Virus record (IMG/VR): IMGVR_UViG_3300044300_002822
Location: 1-30,049 of that record
Origin: a virus
Lineage: Duplodnaviria; Caudoviricetes
Length of the DNA stretch: 30,049 nucleotides
Direction: 5' to 3' (one strand)
Below are positions 25,385-30,049 of this stretch, piece by piece. Under the pieces are notes generated by a model. The model made no database searches and had not been told where the DNA came from. It saw only the letters and a list, made by a program, of their open reading frames with translations. The position numbers were made by a program, and so were the translations under genes. Each line of letters begins with the position of its first letter. Position 1 is the stretch's first letter.

Positions 25385-26362
25385 TTATCCCCAAAGTCCA
25401 GAATCTACACCCATTCCATACATTCCAAGACCTGCCATACCAAGTCCAAGTGCCTGATCAAATGGTGATTTACCTTCTCCATGTACTGTTGAAGTTGAAC
25501 CCCAATTTGGTGAACTTGCCATTTGACCCCATTGACTGAGCATATTTGGAGTAAAATTCTCTCGCCTCAGGAAATCCTGGTAGTCAAACTGTTTAGCCTG
25601 AATGTCCTTAGAATCAGCATACCTACCCTGATCTCCAAACCTGCTGGCAAGACTCATTCTTGGATTAATAGTTCCCATCAGGTTGCCATATGCACCACTC
25701 TGGATACCTGCAGTTGCATACTTGTTCCCAATATTAAATTTATCAGCTTCAGATAATCTATTGATATCAGTCTGCATTGCCTGGGTTGCATCCATTCTCG
25801 CTTGCCTGTCTCTGCTTGCCAGTTCCTGCTCAAGACCCAATCCTATATTTGCTGCCATTTCCTGTCCTACCACATTCTGTCTTGCTGCCCCCGGACCACT
25901 TGCATTAACTCTCTGGGCACCTGCAGTATTTTTAATATTTGCCAGATTACCCAACCTGGTTGCCCTTTTCTCTGCCAATGCCAATTGCTGTTCAGGGTTG
26001 TAGCCCATTCTGTCCATATACTGAGCCATGTCTGGACCTTGAAGGAATGAACCTGCTTTCATTTGTCCCGGATCAAACTTAGCCAGGTTCTGATACCCCT
26101 GTGCTGCCTGGTCAAAATAACCACCTGGAGCACCATACTGAGACTGCATCTTATTTAACATTTCTGACTGTTGTTGCAGAGATGCATTTGGATCACCCCC
26201 ATATGGATTTGCTCCTGTATATTGAGAAGGTCCTGCATCCAGTAAACTCTCCCACCTTCCAGAAATATTCTCAAGAGTTGGTCTTGCTCCAGTACTCATT
26301 TCTGATGTTTGAGTTACCGGGCGTTTATTAAAAAAGTTATCTATGTTTATGCCGGGTATCAT
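25385..26362 (-). CDS. DNA ejection (pilot) protein
   Basis: 325 aa, Q/A/G/M-rich, with C-terminal glycine zipper ALGLGMAGLGMYGMG. Confidence 0.65.
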   Translation of the reverse strand: MIPGINIDNFFNKRPVTQTSEMSTGARPTLENISGRWESLLDAGPSQYTGANPYGGDPNASLQQQSEMLNKMQSQYGAPGGYFDQAAQGYQNLAKFDPGQMKAGSFLQGPDMAQYMDRMGYNPEQQLALAEKRATRLGNLANIKNTAGAQRVNASGPGAARQNVVGQEMAANIGLGLEQELASRDRQARMDATQAMQTDINRLSEADKFNIGNKYATAGIQSGAYGNLMGTINPRMSLASRFGDQGRYADSKDIQAKQFDYQDFLRRENFTPNMLSQWGQMASSPNWGSTSTVHGEGKSPFDQALGLGMAGLGMYGMGVDSGLWG

Positions 26363-26372
26363 TAGTCCTCCT

Positions 26373-26648
26373 TTATGCTGTGTAGTATGGGTTCGTAGAT
26401 GCGATAACTGGTCTGCCTGCTGAGTCCAGTTGTGCCCCTGTTAATTCAGATGCTGAAAGATTTCCTGTATTTGATACTCTGATTCTAAACCATTTTGAAC
26501 CATCATATGCTTTTAAAACAATTGATCCTGTTTCCATAAAATTATCCTGATCAAGTTTTAAATTCTGGTCATTTGCTCTTTCAAGTTGTGTCTGTAATTC
26601 AGTCTGGGTTGATGGCTTATATTCATTAGTAATTGGTGGTAATTTCAT
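26373..26648 (-). CDS. Small tail-associated protein
   Basis: 91 aa; ATGA-coupled to the upstream tail gene. Confidence 0.65.
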   Translation of the reverse strand: MKLPPITNEYKPSTQTELQTQLERANDQNLKLDQDNFMETGSIVLKAYDGSKWFRIRVSNTGNLSASELTGAQLDSAGRPVIASTNPYYTA

Positions 26649-28585
26649 CTCCTACCTCCTGTTGATATATCTGCTCTAATCTGCCCTAGTGACCAGGATT
26701 GGTCCCAACCAGATTCAACCCGGAACTTAAACTGCCTGCCTGTCTCCCTTACATCTGTATATCCATCATCTGCAACTTCATAATTGGAAGATTCTGATTC
26801 AGTCCCAGTAGGAGTCATGCTCGTTTTAAATTTCATTCTTAGCCCATTTGTTCCCTGGGTGCTATCTGTAATCAATTGAGTGATATGTGCTATATTATCT
26901 CCTGCATCTCCAACTTCCATCCCCCCTGTTTCTGCAAAACATAATCCTACATCTGAAGTTGAGTCTGTACCTGTCACCAGGTTTCTATCAAGATCAGAAA
27001 CATCTGCACTCGTATATGCAACCTGTTGTGTTGTTCGTTTAGAAGATGATGCCTTTTGTTCATGGACATATATCTTGTTATCATCTGCAATTGCAATTGG
27101 ATCGTCAAATACCCCTGAATCAACCCATGCTGTTCTGCAGAGCTCACCAACTGCCCACCAGTTCTCCTTATAATTAAACATTACATACTTTAATATTTCA
27201 TCAGAGTCTGCAGATGCATACCACCATGTTACTTCAAAAAACTCCTGATTAACTGATGCATAAATTTTGGAATCCTGAACTCGATTCATACTTCCAAATA
27301 CATAATCTGACACATCACATTCAAGTGGTTGAACAGAACCCTGATACTGGAAGAATCCTCCAGGAGACATCCAAAATGCCATGTCACCAACTGCAACCAT
27401 ACTCCTGTTGGATATTGCTCCACAAGCATCACCAACCTTTTTTCTGCCATATACATAAGGAGGTCCTACCCAGTCAATTGCATGGAGGTCTGTTGTTGTC
27501 CATATTAAGATTCTATCCCCAACAGTCTTGCCTGCCATAACCTGACCTGAGGTGTCAATAAAGAATGAACCTGCCTGGTTATCTGATGCTGCAGTCCAGT
27601 CTGTATTATCATCTGTATCGGACCACATAATCTGTCTGTTGTTACCTGCAGCACCTAATGCAAACATATGTCTCTCTTTACTCACCAGCATTGCATAGTT
27701 GTTTGTGGGTGCAGTTGCATGGACAACTGTTGCCTTAACTGATGTGGGGTTAGTTGCACTTGGGTCCCATTGATAAAGTTTACCATCACTAGTACTCATC
27801 CCTACTAATTTTTCTCCCCAGAGGTCAAATATCCATGATGATGCTTCTAATACCAGAGAAGATGTTTCTGCATTTTCATTACCATACCTTCTGGTTCTTT
27901 TAATATTTATTGTTTCTCCTGTACTTGAATCAGTTACCAGTTTATCTGAATCTGAACCAGTATATGCAGCAGATCCATTTTTTGGACCTACTGTCATAGA
28001 TTTAGTAGTAGGGAATGAAACTATCCTGTGAGAATTTGGATATGTCTTATTATTTGCCCCTGCACTTGATCCTGTGATCTCAATTTCATCTCCAACACCA
28101 AAAGGAGCAGGACCAATACCTGGAGCATTTGTGTTTGTTACATTATCAGTAAGGACAACAGATGCACTTGTAATTGTTGCTGGTGCAGTAAAAGTAAAAT
28201 CTGTTCCTGTTACTTCTGCAACTGTTGTAGTACCAGAAAAATCTCCTGCACCAAATCCTAATCCTATTTTTGCATTTGCATCACCTTCTGCAAAACCTAC
28301 AGGAGTAATATCAACTGCAGTTCCAGAAAGGGAGGTGAAGATGTAAAGTTTTTTATTAGTTCCAATTGCTAACCACCTGTCACCAGAGTAGTCCCTCCAT
28401 GTCATCATGGCCCTTCCAACACCAGAAAGAGATGCACCAATTGTTTCCTCCCAACCACCAAGAGGTTGCAACTTGCCATCTTTCCACCTGACTAAATTAC
28501 AGTCATGCCATCTGCCTCTGGCTTCATATGCAGTACCATTCTTCCAAACTCCAGGTGGTGGTGTGAATTTAACTAATTTGCCCAT
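26645..28585 (-). CDS. Tail hub / packaged-DNA stabilisation protein (P22 gp10-like)
   Basis: 646 aa, beta-rich; WSD..D..DW....NQAG, FWMS..GFF.Y.G.V..L.C.V.DYVF, GRQ motifs; terminal GGRR. Confidence 0.75.
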   Translation of the reverse strand: MGKLVKFTPPPGVWKNGTAYEARGRWHDCNLVRWKDGKLQPLGGWEETIGASLSGVGRAMMTWRDYSGDRWLAIGTNKKLYIFTSLSGTAVDITPVGFAEGDANAKIGLGFGAGDFSGTTTVAEVTGTDFTFTAPATITSASVVLTDNVTNTNAPGIGPAPFGVGDEIEITGSSAGANNKTYPNSHRIVSFPTTKSMTVGPKNGSAAYTGSDSDKLVTDSSTGETINIKRTRRYGNENAETSSLVLEASSWIFDLWGEKLVGMSTSDGKLYQWDPSATNPTSVKATVVHATAPTNNYAMLVSKERHMFALGAAGNNRQIMWSDTDDNTDWTAASDNQAGSFFIDTSGQVMAGKTVGDRILIWTTTDLHAIDWVGPPYVYGRKKVGDACGAISNRSMVAVGDMAFWMSPGGFFQYQGSVQPLECDVSDYVFGSMNRVQDSKIYASVNQEFFEVTWWYASADSDEILKYVMFNYKENWWAVGELCRTAWVDSGVFDDPIAIADDNKIYVHEQKASSSKRTTQQVAYTSADVSDLDRNLVTGTDSTSDVGLCFAETGGMEVGDAGDNIAHITQLITDSTQGTNGLRMKFKTSMTPTGTESESSNYEVADDGYTDVRETGRQFKFRVESGWDQSWSLGQIRADISTGGRR

Positions 28586-28926
28586 CAGGTATCTGCTTTA
28601 GGTGGTGGTTGTATTTTTAAATTGCATTCTTCAACTAATCTATTTGTCAAACCTTTTGCTTTAATTGATTCCTTATCCTTTATTTCATCAGGAGTAAAAT
28701 CTGCCCTGATGGTATCTGTATAGCAATCACACAACATCTGTCTCAATATAGATGACATAGTCGGTTGTTTCATCTGGAAGTTCATACTGCACATCTGCCA
28801 TAGTTGTCGTACCACTTCTGTTGAGTAGTTGCCATTGAACTTTGGAGAAATCACATCTGTTTCTACCGGGATGGGTTTTGTGCATCCAATCAAAATCAGG
28901 AGTAAACTCAACTTCAATATCTTCAT
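28585..28926 (-). CDS. Lipoprotein following endolysin (possible spanin-type lysis accessory)
   Basis: MKILKLSLLLILIGC lipobox from ATG 28926; four further Cys. Confidence 0.65.
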   Translation of the reverse strand: MKILKLSLLLILIGCTKPIPVETDVISPKFNGNYSTEVVRQLWQMCSMNFQMKQPTMSSILRQMLCDCYTDTIRADFTPDEIKDKESIKAKGLTNRLVEECNLKIQPPPKADT

Positions 28927-28951
28927 CTTCCAGTTCAAAAATAATCTCCAT

Positions 28952-29392
28952 TTAACTATAACTCCAGAGGGCCTTATTAGACTTCCCAGTTGCACTATCT
29001 ATCCCTCTTGGCTTCAGATCCAAATGTATGAATCTGGATGTTTTTGAATGCTGACTAATTCCAATTCCAGTCCAACAATCCATCTCCAATGCCTGCTGCA
29101 ATACTATCCTCCCTCTGGCTCGATTTACCCCAAGATCTACTGCCATACAACCTTCTCCATCAATATCACAATGGGCCGAACTGGGATGACCTCCTGAGTC
29201 AATATTATGCTGGAGACATCTCAAGCCAGAATTCACAGGAAGAGGGAATCCACATCTCTCCCGGAGTTCATCCAGTTTAGTAATCAGTTCCAAGTTGATT
29301 ATAGCTTCACCATTTTCAAGAGATCTGCAACCGCATCTACATTCTAATTCATCCCGATTGAAGAACTTGATCACTTCCCAGTTAATAGACAT
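28952..29392 (-). CDS. Endolysin, peptidase M15 family (Zn D-Ala-D-Ala carboxypeptidase fold)
   Basis: ECRCGC, SGLRC..HN, SAH, AVD, GIG, FIHLD motifs. Confidence 0.92.
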   Translation of the reverse strand: MSINWEVIKFFNRDELECRCGCRSLENGEAIINLELITKLDELRERCGFPLPVNSGLRCLQHNIDSGGHPSSAHCDIDGEGCMAVDLGVNRARGRIVLQQALEMDCWTGIGISQHSKTSRFIHLDLKPRGIDSATGKSNKALWSYS

Positions 29393-29467
29393 AGTTATCC
29401 CTGCTACAATATATTTAAAAAACTTCCTCCTGGAGAGAAAGGTAAAAATAGGACCTTTTTGGTGCTA

Positions 29468-29665
29468 TTAACTTTTTGCTTGATCTGCTTCAAGCTGCTT
29501 ACAAAAGGCTGCATATAGCTCATCATCTAAGGTGTTTTTTGAGCTTGCCACCAATCGGGCAAGCAGCTTCTGTACAACGATCAAGAGTAGCTTCTCTGAT
29601 ATTAGAGAGACACACATTGTCTTGACTACTCCACTAACAACTGATCCTAATAATGCAATTGGCAT
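29468..29665 (-). CDS. Putative holin
   Basis: 65 aa, hydrophobic N-terminal two-thirds, SKNTLDD motif, adjacent to the endolysin. Confidence 0.6.
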   Translation of the reverse strand: MPIALLGSVVSGVVKTMCVSLISEKLLLIVVQKLLARLVASSKNTLDDELYAAFCKQLEADQAKS

Positions 29666-29669
29666 TTTA

Positions 29670-30049
29670 TTATCCTTTCCTACTGGCGGTTAACATTTCT
29701 AATTGTTTTGCTTGCTCTAATTCTCTTTCAATATTTTCAAGTCTTGCAGAAACTGCTGCCATATGACCTGAACACTCAGAACTTATTTCAACAAATTTAT
29801 CAAAATTCTCCTTCTGACTTGCCCGGTTTGCTTTGTCTGTTCTAAAAGTCCAAACAAATAAAATTAATATTAATGCTCCTGCAAATCCCTGGTCTAAAAT
29901 TATTGTTAAAACATCATCTACTACTGTTTCTGTAGTACTACCCTTATGAGCCGAATGAGATGGATGTGGATTGTTTGTCTGAGCAATAACATCAAGACCA
30001 TGAGGTTCTGCCCAGGCTAAAGTTCCAATTAATAATGATGTTGCTATCT
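29670..30049 (-). CDS. Membrane protein, BhlA/UviB-like holin candidate (5' truncated)
   Basis: Manual translation ...IATSLLIGTLAWAEPHG...ILDQGFAGALILILFVWTFRTDK...RLENIERELEQ...RKG*; one TM segment followed by a coiled coil. Confidence 0.6.
   Translation of the reverse strand, partial: IATSLLIGTLAWAEPHGLDVIAQTNNPHPSHSAHKGSTTETVVDDVLTIILDQGFAGALILILFVWTFRTDKANRASQKENFDKFVEISSECSGHMAAVSARLENIERELEQAKQLEMLTASRKG

Noticed and set aside
970-29280. Numerous plus-strand ORFs antisense to long minus-strand genes, and short out-of-frame minus ORFs (e.g. 3344-3598, 9935-10237, 10846-11187, 15679-15972)
   Set aside because: Shadow ORFs without RBS or recognisable motifs, fully overlapping well-supported genes.
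1-30049. tRNA/rRNA genes, IS elements, diversity-generating retroelement
   Set aside because: No cloverleaf, transposase, reverse transcriptase or TR/VR repeat pair was recognised by eye.

Overview
Nearly complete genome of a tailed dsDNA phage with podovirus-like (P22-type) architecture and about 40% GC. It appears circularly permuted, with the tail-fibre region lying outside the window. Almost everything is on the minus strand. One arm runs leftward from a divergent control region at ~18850-19130: HTH regulator, DUF3127-type SSB, RecE-like exonuclease, ERF recombinase, initiator/loader-like proteins, HNH, RusA, C5 DNA methyltransferase, terS, a repeat-rich non-coding block, terL, radical SAM, PAPS-reductase-like enzyme, portal, a large GNAT-like effector, scaffold, major capsid, adaptor. 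A second minus-strand arm carries holins, an M15 endolysin, a lipoprotein, a tail stabilisation protein and ejection proteins. A short plus-strand cassette of small early genes lies at 19139-20997. Main observations: (1) the major capsid gene is split by two ORF-less group I self-splicing introns, which the ORF track misses; (2) the C5 methyltransferase contains a second, nested 281-aa gene in another frame that carries the missing motif-IX-like segment and four WxTP repeat modules; (3) CpG is strongly depleted while CCNGG is strongly over-represented, and CCNGG-centred palindromes occur in the putative packaging/origin block; (4) a radical SAM plus PP-loop/Fe-S gene pair is inserted between terL and portal, a possible DNA-modification module. 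All calls come from reading motifs by eye; no database searches were run.
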